From: Candidatus Helarchaeota ASGARD archaeon Hel_GB_B
Lineage (GTDB): Archaea > Asgardarchaeota > Lokiarchaeia > Helarchaeales > HEL-GB-B
Reading direction: 5' to 3'
Length of the DNA stretch: 32,000 nucleotides
Assembly: GCA_005191425.1 (NCBI GenBank)
Contig: SUPR01000027.1
Span: forward strand, 5,791-37,790
The translations under genes were made by a program, and so were the position numbers. Positions 18,580 through 27,562 of the stretch are shown here, in pieces. The notes beneath the pieces are model-generated. The model worked only from the letters and a program-made list of their open reading frames with translations, was not told the origin of the DNA and searched no databases. Numbering within the stretch: position 1 is the stretch's first letter; every line of letters begins with the position of its first letter.

Positions 18580-18911
18580 AAAATAGAGAAATTAGGGGTA
18601 GTAACTTTTACTAATTTTTATACAAATATTATATTTTTAATAATAGAGCTGCTTTTAAGATTAAAAATTATATTTCTAAGAAATATTTCATTTCACAATG
18701 ATAGAATTTCCAGAATTAATAAAGGAAATATTTAAAGAGATAACGATCAGTCAAGGAATTGTTGGAGAATCTATTTATCGTTTGTTTAAAATTACAGATA
18801 TTAATAGTAAAACCAAATCGGAATGTTTATAATTAAAAATACGCATTTTATAGCAATGCCGGAATTTATAAAAACTCAGAACAAATAAAATCCAATAAAA
18901 GAGAGAGATGA

Positions 18912-19883
18912 ATGAATAAAAAAGACTCCTACTCGAGAAACAAAATATTAAAAAAATTCCTGGGTTTAAAGACCTATTTTAAGTCAGCATTTCAGGAGAC
19001 CATGTCTGAGCATAGTCATTTTTCCATGTATTATTGTAATGGGGTTATGCGATTTGTGTCATATCTCAAGAAATATGGGAGAGCAATAGACAAAGGGCTA
19101 ATTCACGATATATTTAAAGTATTTTTTTCACAGTTAAAATATGGAGAGAATGGAGTCGCGATAGAAAAAGAGATGGGTAAAAAGAGGTTAGACCTATATA
19201 GAATGGTTGAGGACGAAATAATAGAAGTAAAAACGATAAGCAATATTTCGTTTAAAAAGATATTCGGGACTGTCAAATCTGTATTCAAACTGGTGCCAAA
19301 GGCTGACCGGTTATGGCTATTTTTCTTTATGAAATTAGGGGCTTCAACTCTAAAAAATAAGAAAAATGAAAAAGATAGTGTGGAAGACTTGAAATGCAAA
19401 TATTTTTTAATATTCCTTGACATAATACTATCAGGTGTAGATGACTTGACCGAAATAAATAAAGAATTAGAGAGCGGAATAAAAGAGTTAATAGAGAGTG
19501 GAGCAGAGGAATTGGACCTATCGAAGGAAATAATAATTCCATTAGAAAATGTAGTGTTTGTAGAAGATTTAAAAAGGGAGTTGGAGGAAAATAAGAGGGA
19601 GTTAGAGGAAAATAAGAGGGAACTAAAGGAAAATAAGAGGGAGTTGGAGGAAAATAAGAGGGAACTAAAGGAAAATAAGAAGGAATTAAAGAGAAAAGAG
19701 AAGGAATTAAAGGAAAAAGAGAAGGAATTAAAGAAAGAGAAAATGGAAAAAGAGAAGAAATTAAAAGAATTAAAGAGAGAATTAGAGAGAGAAAAATTAG
19801 AGAAAAAGAAAATAAAAGATGAGCTGAAGAAAAAGGAAAAAGAATTACAAGAACTTAGAAAAAAATTAAAAAACACGGAATAA
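18912..19883 (+). CDS. Putative PD-(D/E)xK nuclease-fold protein with C-terminal K/E-rich coiled coil
   Basis: IEKEMGKKRLDLYRMVEDEIIEVKT gives an E...D...ExK pattern (D at 19191, EVK at 19224-19232). Heptad repeats KRELEEN/KRELKEN follow. Confidence 0.7.
   Translation: MNKKDSYSRNKILKKFLGLKTYFKSAFQETMSEHSHFSMYYCNGVMRFVSYLKKYGRAIDKGLIHDIFKVFFSQLKYGENGVAIEKEMGKKRLDLYRMVEDEIIEVKTISNISFKKIFGTVKSVFKLVPKADRLWLFFFMKLGASTLKNKKNEKDSVEDLKCKYFLIFLDIILSGVDDLTEINKELESGIKELIESGAEELDLSKEIIIPLENVVFVEDLKRELEENKRELEENKRELKENKRELEENKRELKENKKELKRKEKELKEKEKELKKEKMEKEKKLKELKRELEREKLEKKKIKDELKKKEKELQELRKKLKNTE
19572..19739 (+). repeat. Intragenic 21-bp tandem repeat, 8 units (one heptad each)
   Basis: Units such as AAGAGGGAGTTGGAGGAAAAT and AAGAGGGAACTAAAGGAAAAT; units 3 and 5 are identical. 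The later units drift to GAGAAGGAATTAAAGGAAAAA. Confidence 0.93.
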
Positions 19884-19917
19884 ACGAAAAAGAGGGATAT
19901 GGATATACAAGAGAGTA

Positions 19918-20283
19918 GATTTAAAATACAAATATTTTTTAATATTCCTTGATATAATACTATTATGTATAGATGACTTGATTGAAATAAATAAAGAATT
20001 GTAGAGTGAAATAAAAGAGTTAATAGAGAGTGAAGCAGAGGAATTTGATGTATCAAATGGAATAATAATTATTCTAGAAAATGTAGTATTTGTGGAGGAT
20101 TTAAAAAAGGAATTAAAGGAAACAAAGCGAAAATCAAAGGAAATAGAGAGAAGATCAAAGGAAATAGAGAAAGAATTGAAGAGAGTGAAATTAGAAAAAA
20201 AGAAAATAAAAAAAGAACTGGAAAAAAGGAAAAAAGGAAAAAAGGTACAAAAACTTAGAAAAAAATTAAAAGATATGAAATAA
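19918..20283 (+). pseudogene. Degenerate copy of the 3' half of the 18912-19883 gene
   Basis: 19918-20106 aligns without gaps to 19386-19574 with 27 mismatches in 189 nt (~86%, counted by hand). GAG has become TAG at 20002-20004. There is no in-frame start before the homologous region, and the coiled coil is shortened. The track ORF 20092-20283 is its tail. Confidence 0.85.
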
Positions 20284-20494
20284 ATGAGAATAAGGAGTAT
20301 ATACTGGTAATAGATGATAATCTTGTTCTATTTTTTAAAATTATAACTGAAAGGTAATTCTAATAATGTAATATAAAGAGAAATAGACCTAATACTTCTG
20401 TAAAATGCCAGTCTTAAAAATATTATTGTAGGGATTGTAATAGGTCTTTTTATGTTCAAAAAATATTAAAAAAATAAAATTTAATTAAATATAA

Positions 20495-20965
20495 TTATTC
20501 TTTTTCATCAGTATTCTTTTCTTGCATTTCCTTTTTTTCGTCTAAAGTTTCAATTTCAATTTTTTTAGGTGGTTCTATTTCGGTTTTATTTAATATAATT
20601 TTTAGGATTCCATTTTCCATATTTGCTTTAATATTTTCTTTATCGACATTTTCAGGTAATGTTAAGCTTCTTGAAAAGTTTTGACGAGAAATCTCTTTAT
20701 ATATATAGCAACCTTCTTCATCTTTTTCTTCTTTTTTAGTTTCTTTTTCTGATTTTATGGTCAAAATATCATTTTTAATTTCGATATTAATGTCGCTTTT
20801 GTCAAAGCCTGGAACTTCTAATTTAATTTCATAATGATCGTCAAGTTCTTTAATATCCATCTTAGGCATTTCGAATCGAGTTGTTATTTCAAATGGTTCA
20901 ATAAATAAGTCATCAAAAAATCTATCTATATCAAACAAACTATGTGGTCTTAATATCAAACTCAT
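20495..20965 (-). CDS. hsp20: Small heat shock protein (Hsp20/alpha-crystallin)
   Basis: MDIKELDDHYEIKLEVPGFDKSDINIEI, FSRSLTLPENVD, ANMENGILKI and C-terminal IXI motif KIEI. Strong SD GAGGTGA at 20978-20972. Confidence 0.96.
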   Translation of the reverse strand: MSLILRPHSLFDIDRFFDDLFIEPFEITTRFEMPKMDIKELDDHYEIKLEVPGFDKSDINIEIKNDILTIKSEKETKKEEKDEEGCYIYKEISRQNFSRSLTLPENVDKENIKANMENGILKIILNKTEIEPPKKIEIETLDEKKEMQEKNTDEKE

Positions 20966-21052
20966 TCCACATCACCTCATTTTATCTTAATTATCAATGT
21001 TTTGATATTTTTTTCAAGCATTTTAATCAATTTATTAAAGACACATTTATAT

Positions 21053-21067
21053 GTCACACTTTGTGAC
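21053..21067. promoter_or_regulatory. Palindromic operator candidate upstream of hsp20
   Basis: GTCACA-CTT-TGTGAC is a perfect 6-bp inverted repeat (equivalently GTCAC-N5-GTGAC), located over the predicted hsp20 transcription start. Confidence 0.65.
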
Positions 21068-21084
21068 TATAGAATGAACGACTA

Positions 21085-21099
21085 TTTATAAATTTTTCG
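21085..21099 (-). promoter_or_regulatory. BRE-TATA promoter of hsp20
   Basis: The minus strand reads CGAAAAA-TTTATAAA, a canonical archaeal BRE+TATA. It predicts a start site near 21060 and a ~95-nt leader. Confidence 0.65.
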
Positions 21100-21380
21100 A
21101 AGTTAAATTTTTAACAAATCTCAATTAAAACACAAAAAAATTAACATTTTTTTCATATTTATTTTAAAATTTGATTAGATAACCAAGTAATTATGAAAAT
21201 TAATCAATGTATGATAAAAAGAAAATTGAAAATTTTTTCTATAAAAATATATTAAAAGATATTTTTCAAATAAATTTAAAATAATTGGTCATAAATATTT
21301 ATTTTAAATAAAATAATAAGTAAGAGTAGTTCTATAAGAATTTCCATTAAATATTTAATAAACATTTAAAAAATAGGAAT

Positions 21381-22223
21381 ATGTATGTTAATTTAATTTT
21401 TTCAAATAAGATGCTTATTCATAGTGGAAAAATAGAGTCTGGATTTATTAAATGGGCTTTATATGGGTTTAGTAATCATCATTTAAATCCAGAAGTTTTT
21501 GAAATACAGCCGAAAGCCAAAATAAGGACAGAAGGAGAGGAAAAAAATACTTTTGCTTATTTTAAGATATCCAAATTGTCAGCTGGGGATGAATTTAATT
21601 TCAGGTGTGCAATTCAATTTTATACAATTCCCCTCAATATTCCTTTAATAAGTTTTAGTTTTAATGAGTATCCAAATCAAATAATTACTAAGTATTGTAG
21701 TTATTCAAAATATTGGCCAATATACGATAAAGAAATACAAAAAATAGCGGCAGATTTAAAGAAGGAATCAAAAAACGATGTTAAAAAATTTTTAAAGGAC
21801 ACTTATAAATTCGTAGAAAAATCAGTCAAATTGCGAGAAAATATGAATGAACGACTTGGGGCGTCAAGAGCTTTACAGGAGAAAATAGGTGATTGTGATG
21901 AATTTTCTGATTTATTTATAACCATTTTAAGGGCAGCAAAAGTCCCAGCAAGAAGAGTTGTTGGAATATACATCTCAAAAAACAAGCACGAATTTCATGC
22001 ATGGACTGAAGTATTTATACCGCATTATAATACATTTATTCCTTTTGATATTGCATTAAACTATTTTTCAAGTATATCTCAATTTCATATTATCCGGTTA
22101 AAAATGGCTCAATCTGAATATCCTCCATTTGTATATGTAAAATATAAAGGTTCTTCAAATGTAAATTTAGAATTTACAGAAAACGATTTAGAAAAAATTG
22201 AAATTTTATATCCTAACGAATAA
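21381..22223 (+). CDS. Transglutaminase-like (Cys-His-Asp triad) protein
   Basis: GDCDEFSDLFITILRAAKVPARRVVG, HAWTEVF and PFD. No signal peptide evident. Confidence 0.9.
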   Translation: MYVNLIFSNKMLIHSGKIESGFIKWALYGFSNHHLNPEVFEIQPKAKIRTEGEEKNTFAYFKISKLSAGDEFNFRCAIQFYTIPLNIPLISFSFNEYPNQIITKYCSYSKYWPIYDKEIQKIAADLKKESKNDVKKFLKDTYKFVEKSVKLRENMNERLGASRALQEKIGDCDEFSDLFITILRAAKVPARRVVGIYISKNKHEFHAWTEVFIPHYNTFIPFDIALNYFSSISQFHIIRLKMAQSEYPPFVYVKYKGSSNVNLEFTENDLEKIEILYPNE

Positions 22224-22308
22224 AAAGTAATTAATTGGATAATATTTAAATTAGTATGGGTAAAACATTTTTCCAGTTAAAATTAGTAATTATAATTTCC
22301 TTATAATA

Positions 22309-24114
22309 TTAAAAATCTCTTTTGTATTTATCGGAATAAAATTTATCTGCCTTTTTTGATTCTAATATATTAACAATATTAATAATTTTAAAAACAAATG
22401 TGAAAAAAAAGCCAAAGGGAATTGCTAATCTAGAAATGAAGGTAAATTTTCGTGTAATTCTCTTTTTTTTAAGAATTTTTGGTAATAATCTTGCAATTAA
22501 TTTAAATTCGTTTTTATCAGAAACAATACCTTTTCTATTAAAACCATTTTGATATTTATTGTCTCTAAAGGCACTTTTGAAGTCTCTATAGATCCAAATG
22601 AACCAACCAGAAATCCAATCTTTTGAATTAAAAATTTCTATAGACCTAATCAAAATTGAAGCCTGTTTTTCTTCTGAAAAGCGCTCGAAAATGTTAGAAT
22701 GATAATTATATTTTGCTCCAGCTCCAAATTCTGTAATAAACCAAGGTTTATTATAACATAAAGATATGCCTCGCGTCATCTCAAGTATAAAATTTAAATT
22801 TTTTTCGCTTAACAAATACCAACCGAAGTATTCATTTAAAGTAGCTATGTCTGTTTTAGACCGATAATGATCTGACAAGAAACGTGATGAAACATAGCTA
22901 ATAGGCCTAGATGGGTCTATTTTCTTTGCAAAACTTATTAAATTTAAAATAAATTTGTGGCAATCATACGATTCAATAGGTATTTCATTTCCTACAGACC
23001 AAAAAATAACTGATGGATGATTAAAATCTCTATATATCAAATCCTGAATCATTTTAGCTGCTAATTTAAATACTTTTGGGCTCTTGAAATTGATATTCCA
23101 ATAGACTGGAATTTCCTCGAGTATCAATAACCCAATTTTATCAGCCAAACAAAGAAGTGATTCATCATGAGGATAATGGGCAGTTCTAATTGCATTAAAC
23201 CCTAATTTTTTAATATTTAATAAGTCCTTTTTTCTCAATTCAAATGGAATGGCCCTCCCAAATGGTATTAACTCCTCATGAAGATTAATACCGTATAATT
23301 TAATTTTTTTATTATTGAGATATAAAAATCGTCCATTAATTTTAATTTCTCTAATTCCAAATTGGATTTTTGTAAAATAATTACTGTCGCTAAAATTTAA
23401 TAAAATTGTATAAATATTAGGAGTATCAGGAGACCAAAACAACGGATTTTCAATGTGGATATAAAAAACCCCTTTTTCAGTATCTGGTTTAACTTGACCT
23501 TTTAAAATAGTCTTATTTGTAAATTTAAGTTCATAATTGAATGATTTTACTTCTGTAATATAATATTTACATATTAATTTTGCAGAATTTTTGCTAATTT
23601 GAGTATAAATATGCACCCAATCTATTCGACTCTTAGGTAGAATCTCATAAAATACATCTCTATATATTCCACCCCAGTTATACCAATCAAAAAGTTTGCT
23701 AGGGATTCTATTTTTTTTCCTAATATTATCAACTTGAACAGCAAGATAATTTTTTTCGGATTTTTTAAGATATGAATTTTTAATTTTAAATTTAAATGGT
23801 AAGAAACCACCTTCATGCAAACCAATATAATTATTATTTAACCAAATTTTTGTTTGATAATTACTACCGTTGAACAACAAAAAGAATTCCTCGTTATTTT
23901 CGTCTAATTCATTTATTTCAAAAATTTTAAAATACCAACATATCCCTTCATATTTTTCAAGTCCCTGATAAGAATTCCAGCTTGACGGAATTTGGATTTT
24001 TTTAAAATTCGAAATTCTATTTTTAATATTTGAGATTAAAAACAATTTATTCTTAATTCCATCATTATTAAAATCAACGTAAAATAGCCATTCTCCCGAA
24101 AGTAGTTTTTTCAT
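22309..24114 (-). CDS. Glycoside hydrolase family 2, beta-glucuronidase-like
   Basis: WNSY/EGICWY, HEGGFLPF, DWYNWGGIYRDV, IRTAHYP, acid/base WSVGNE, NEYFGWY, nucleophile ITEFG and NRKG motif. Confidence 0.92.
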   Translation of the reverse strand: MKKLLSGEWLFYVDFNNDGIKNKLFLISNIKNRISNFKKIQIPSSWNSYQGLEKYEGICWYFKIFEINELDENNEEFFLLFNGSNYQTKIWLNNNYIGLHEGGFLPFKFKIKNSYLKKSEKNYLAVQVDNIRKKNRIPSKLFDWYNWGGIYRDVFYEILPKSRIDWVHIYTQISKNSAKLICKYYITEVKSFNYELKFTNKTILKGQVKPDTEKGVFYIHIENPLFWSPDTPNIYTILLNFSDSNYFTKIQFGIREIKINGRFLYLNNKKIKLYGINLHEELIPFGRAIPFELRKKDLLNIKKLGFNAIRTAHYPHDESLLCLADKIGLLILEEIPVYWNINFKSPKVFKLAAKMIQDLIYRDFNHPSVIFWSVGNEIPIESYDCHKFILNLISFAKKIDPSRPISYVSSRFLSDHYRSKTDIATLNEYFGWYLLSEKNLNFILEMTRGISLCYNKPWFITEFGAGAKYNYHSNIFERFSEEKQASILIRSIEIFNSKDWISGWFIWIYRDFKSAFRDNKYQNGFNRKGIVSDKNEFKLIARLLPKILKKKRITRKFTFISRLAIPFGFFFTFVFKIINIVNILESKKADKFYSDKYKRDF

Positions 24115-24217
24115 GATATTTACCTTATTAAAATCGAATTTAGGATTTGGTAATCAAAAAATAATCTTTAAAAGTATGCTATAATAAATTTTAATATTAA
24201 TATAACCTCTATAAGGG

Positions 24218-25666
24218 GTGAAAAATAAAACGATAGAACCGTCAATACCTAACGAAATTCTAAAAGCACTTGAGCAGAATGGTTTTACTTTATTGATTAA
24301 AGGCGATGCTGGTACTGGAAAAACTACTTTAAGCCTAGAGATATTAAAATTTGCAAAATCTAAAATTTATATTAGTTCTAGAATATCTCCTACAATGATT
24401 AAAAAGCAATTTCCATGGTTAGAAAATGAAGACATTATTTTTATTGATGCAACACAAACCTTTTTTCAAGAAGACAGTATAACAACCCAAATTGAGCGTG
24501 CAATAAAATTTAGGGAAATGCCTGGTTTTTTACAAAAGTTATACGAAATTGTTAAAAATAAAGATTCCTCTACCATAGTAGTAATAGATTCTTGGGATGC
24601 GATTTACAATAGTATTTTAGAAGAGTCATTAGAATCTAAAAGAATTGAAACAGTTCTTACTGAAATGGTTCGGTTTTTAAAATTCAATTTAATATTAATC
24701 ACTGAATCCAATCAAACTTCACTAGATTATATTTCTGATGGTGTTGTAGAATTAAAAAGTGAAATTATTTGTAATAGAAGTAAAAGAGTTATAAAAATAA
24801 AAAAGATGAGAGGAATTGAAATTACACAACCTGAATATCTTTTTTCATTACACCAATCCAGGTTTAAGCATTTTCAGAGAATGATGGAATTTATTCCTCT
24901 TAAAAAGTTAAACAATAAACCTCCTTTAATCAAAAATACTAAAAATAAATTATTAAGTTATTCAGAGTCATTAAACAATTTTTTCAATTATGGGTTAAAA
25001 AGGGGCACTATTAGTTTACTTGAAATTAGTGAGGATGTTGGGTTCGATTATATTTGGGTCCTAATTCCAATAATGATTAATCAGTTGCAACAAAATCACG
25101 GGATTACTTTAATCCCAGATGAAGGATTAGATTTTAAAGTTATATATAATGTACTTTCCAGATATATATCTCAAGATATTCTCGAAAAATATTTAACATT
25201 TTTTGATTTTTCTCCTACCTATACTGAACCTAATGAATTTATCAAATTAATAAGAATACTTGACTATAAAAAAGATATTGAGCATATTTATAACGATATT
25301 AAAGAGGACATGATAAAAAAGATAACTGAACGACAGAACCTTTCACAAGACCAAATTTATGGTGGTACTGCCTTTTTTGGTAGTAATAGATTCGAAAATC
25401 GGTTCGGAATCGAAAATATAAAGAAATATCTTATAGTAATTGGTGAATTTATTAAATTATTTAAAACTAGCAGGATGGTCTATATATCTTATTTTAATCA
25501 AAAAATCCGAGAGATTATTTCTCCAATGGTCTCCACTCATTTTAAAATTGAAAAAATTTGTAATGTCATGGTAATCTATGGAGAACGTCCGTTCGCTAAT
25601 ATGCATGTAATTATAATAAATTTTGATAAAGGTTATCCGGAAATTAATTTATATCCCATAGTCTGA
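24218..25666 (+). CDS. GvpD/KaiC-like RecA-fold ATPase with degenerate second domain
   Basis: Walker A LLIKGDAGTGKTT, Walker B VVIDSWD, LDYISDGVVEL and IKKMRG. The second half starts with a KaiC-like pattern (SESLNNFFNYGLKRGTISLLE) but has no P-loop. Confidence 0.82.
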   Translation: MKNKTIEPSIPNEILKALEQNGFTLLIKGDAGTGKTTLSLEILKFAKSKIYISSRISPTMIKKQFPWLENEDIIFIDATQTFFQEDSITTQIERAIKFREMPGFLQKLYEIVKNKDSSTIVVIDSWDAIYNSILEESLESKRIETVLTEMVRFLKFNLILITESNQTSLDYISDGVVELKSEIICNRSKRVIKIKKMRGIEITQPEYLFSLHQSRFKHFQRMMEFIPLKKLNNKPPLIKNTKNKLLSYSESLNNFFNYGLKRGTISLLEISEDVGFDYIWVLIPIMINQLQQNHGITLIPDEGLDFKVIYNVLSRYISQDILEKYLTFFDFSPTYTEPNEFIKLIRILDYKKDIEHIYNDIKEDMIKKITERQNLSQDQIYGGTAFFGSNRFENRFGIENIKKYLIVIGEFIKLFKTSRMVYISYFNQKIREIISPMVSTHFKIEKICNVMVIYGERPFANMHVIIINFDKGYPEINLYPIV

Positions 25667-25706
25667 TAATTAAAATCTTTTAATCTAAATTATAAATTGA
25701 ACCTAA

Positions 25707-26930
25707 ATGAACATCTTTATTTTTGAGTACTTAACTGGTGGCGGATTTATTAATGATAAGCTACCACCATCTCTTGTATGTGAAGGCGCAGCAATGCTTT
25801 TAACATTGATAAAAGGGTTAAACCCCGATTTTGATGTTAAAATTTTATTAGACTACCGATTAGCCGGGTATAAGGAGTTTTTTAAAAACATTTCCCCTAA
25901 AATAATTAAGAATACAAGCGATTTCAATGAGAATTTCAAAGATTATATTAATAATTCTGATTATTATCTCATAATAGCGCCTGAGTTTAATAATATATTA
26001 AGAGATTTAACTCTAGAAGCTGAAAATAGTAGCGCAATTAATTTAGGATGTAATTCATATTCTATTGAAAAAACTGGAAATAAATTTGAGACTTTTAAAA
26101 AATTATTTCATTTAAAAAAGTATTTGCCGGCTACTCTAAAAGCAAATCATAGCAATGCTAAAATTAGCGAAATTTATAAATTTTGTAAAGATTTAGGCTA
26201 TCCTGTAGTTTTTAAGCCAATTGATGGCGTAGGTGGAGGTGGGATCAGTCTAATTAGGAATAAAGATGAAATAAATCCAGGAATTAAAAAAATTAAAATC
26301 AATTCCAATGAAAATGAATTTATTATCCAAGAATATATTAAAGGAAATGATGTCAGTGTATCTCTTTTTATTGATAATAATGTAATCCATCCTTTAACTT
26401 TAAATGGACAGCTTATAACTTTAGGTGATATAACAAATGAAACGAAATATAACGGTGGTTATATTCCATTCAATAATCGGGATTTTAACCATGATGATAT
26501 TTTTAAAATTGCGATTGATTGTGTGTCTTCGATTACCGGATTAAATGGATATGTTGGAATCGATTTTGTAATAGGTGAAAAACCATCTATCATTGAAATA
26601 AACCCAAGATTGACTACTTCCTATATTGGTGTTAGAGAACTCCTTAAATCTGACTTATATACTCAAAAAATTATTGGTACAATCATAAAGCCAGAGATTG
26701 ATACTCATAAGAACGTATATTTTACAAGATTAGAACTTAGAAATGTACATCACCGTATAATAGAAAAATCTGAATTTAATAAGTTAATTCTTTCTAATTT
26801 GATAACGCCATTTTTTAAATTTAAGGATAATTATTCTGGATTTATACTTTTAAAATCAAAATCTTTTAAAAAGAACCTAAAGAAATTAACTAGGATAAAA
26901 AATTTTATTTTAAAAAACAAAATTAATTAA
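25707..26930 (+). CDS. ATP-grasp protein, COG1821/MfnD (tyramine-glutamate ligase)-like
   Basis: N-terminus IFIFEYLTGGG...EGAAML, LIIAPE, KPIDGVGGGG, QEYIKG, GYVGIDF and IEINPRLTTSY. Confidence 0.82.
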   Translation: MNIFIFEYLTGGGFINDKLPPSLVCEGAAMLLTLIKGLNPDFDVKILLDYRLAGYKEFFKNISPKIIKNTSDFNENFKDYINNSDYYLIIAPEFNNILRDLTLEAENSSAINLGCNSYSIEKTGNKFETFKKLFHLKKYLPATLKANHSNAKISEIYKFCKDLGYPVVFKPIDGVGGGGISLIRNKDEINPGIKKIKINSNENEFIIQEYIKGNDVSVSLFIDNNVIHPLTLNGQLITLGDITNETKYNGGYIPFNNRDFNHDDIFKIAIDCVSSITGLNGYVGIDFVIGEKPSIIEINPRLTTSYIGVRELLKSDLYTQKIIGTIIKPEIDTHKNVYFTRLELRNVHHRIIEKSEFNKLILSNLITPFFKFKDNYSGFILLKSKSFKKNLKKLTRIKNFILKNKIN

Positions 26931-26980
26931 ATAAATTCAGATAAAATCATATTAAAATTAATTTGGTGTGAAATTTCAAA

Positions 26981-27544
26981 ATGACTGAAGTAATTTATTT
27001 TGATAAAGCAGGTGCATCCAATACAGAGGATGCATTACAAGCTGCCAAGAGATGTGCAACAGCAAATAATATTAAGAAAATAGTAATAGCAACGACAACA
27101 GGTGAAACTGGTGTTAAAGCTTCCAAGATATTAAACGGATTTGATTTAATATTTGTAACCCATGCTTATAGTTTTATGAAAACTGGGGAACAAGAATTAA
27201 AAGAAAATAATAAAGAGATTTTAATAAAAAATGGAAAAATTGTAACAGGCGTACATGCGTTATCTGGTGTTGCAAGAGGTATACGATCAAAATTAAAAAG
27301 TTGGGATCCAGTTGAGTTAATAGCATATGCGATGAGAGTAATTTTTTGTCAAGGAATAAAAGTCGTTCTGGAGATAGTAATGATGGCGGTTGATTCAGGT
27401 GTAATTGAGTATGGGGAAGAGGTTGTGGCTATTGCAGGTACAGGTACAGGTGCAGATACTGTATGTTTAATTAAGGCTGCAGATACTTCGCATTTTTTTG
27501 ATCTAAGATTAAAAGAAATAATTTGTAAGCCAAGAAATTTCTAA
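26981..27544 (+). CDS. Pyruvate kinase C-terminal-like alpha/beta protein (MTH1675/COG1751 family)
   Basis: YFDKAGASNT, VIATTTGETG, FVTHAY, HALSGVARG, QGIKVVLEI and IAGTGTGADT. Confidence 0.88.
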   Translation: MTEVIYFDKAGASNTEDALQAAKRCATANNIKKIVIATTTGETGVKASKILNGFDLIFVTHAYSFMKTGEQELKENNKEILIKNGKIVTGVHALSGVARGIRSKLKSWDPVELIAYAMRVIFCQGIKVVLEIVMMAVDSGVIEYGEEVVAIAGTGTGADTVCLIKAADTSHFFDLRLKEIICKPRNF

Positions 27545-27562
27545 TTATAAATTGTAAAAAGG

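Noticed and set aside
19572-19739. CRISPR-like regular repeats
   Set aside because: The units are contiguous with no spacers, stay in frame and encode heptads. No cas genes are present.
20002-20004. In-frame TAG as pyrrolysine recoding
   Set aside because: It is a single GAG-to-TAG change in a copy that also lacks a start codon and the catalytic half. No pyl genes are in the window, so decay is simpler.
19103-20056. 317-aa minus-strand ORF (also 19327-19542)
   Set aside because: Antisense shadow of the purine-rich repeat gene. It yields S/F/L low-complexity sequence, and its internal repeat merely mirrors the duplication.
14503-20283. Complete BREX system or intact mobile element
   Set aside because: No BrxC, PglZ, BrxL, integrase or transposase, and I could not identify terminal repeats or target-site duplications.
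762-23825. Short opposite-strand track ORFs (762-1142, 2354-2545, 6452-6634, 6871-7125, 12938-13144, 14019-14270, 16250-16600, 18177-18404, 21803-21985, 23622-23825)
   Set aside because: Most lie antisense to well-supported genes; 23622-23825 is a same-strand alternate frame inside the GH2 gene. None shows a recognisable motif.
24218-25666. Gas vesicle gene cluster
   Set aside because: Only a GvpD-like ATPase is present, with no structural gvp genes.
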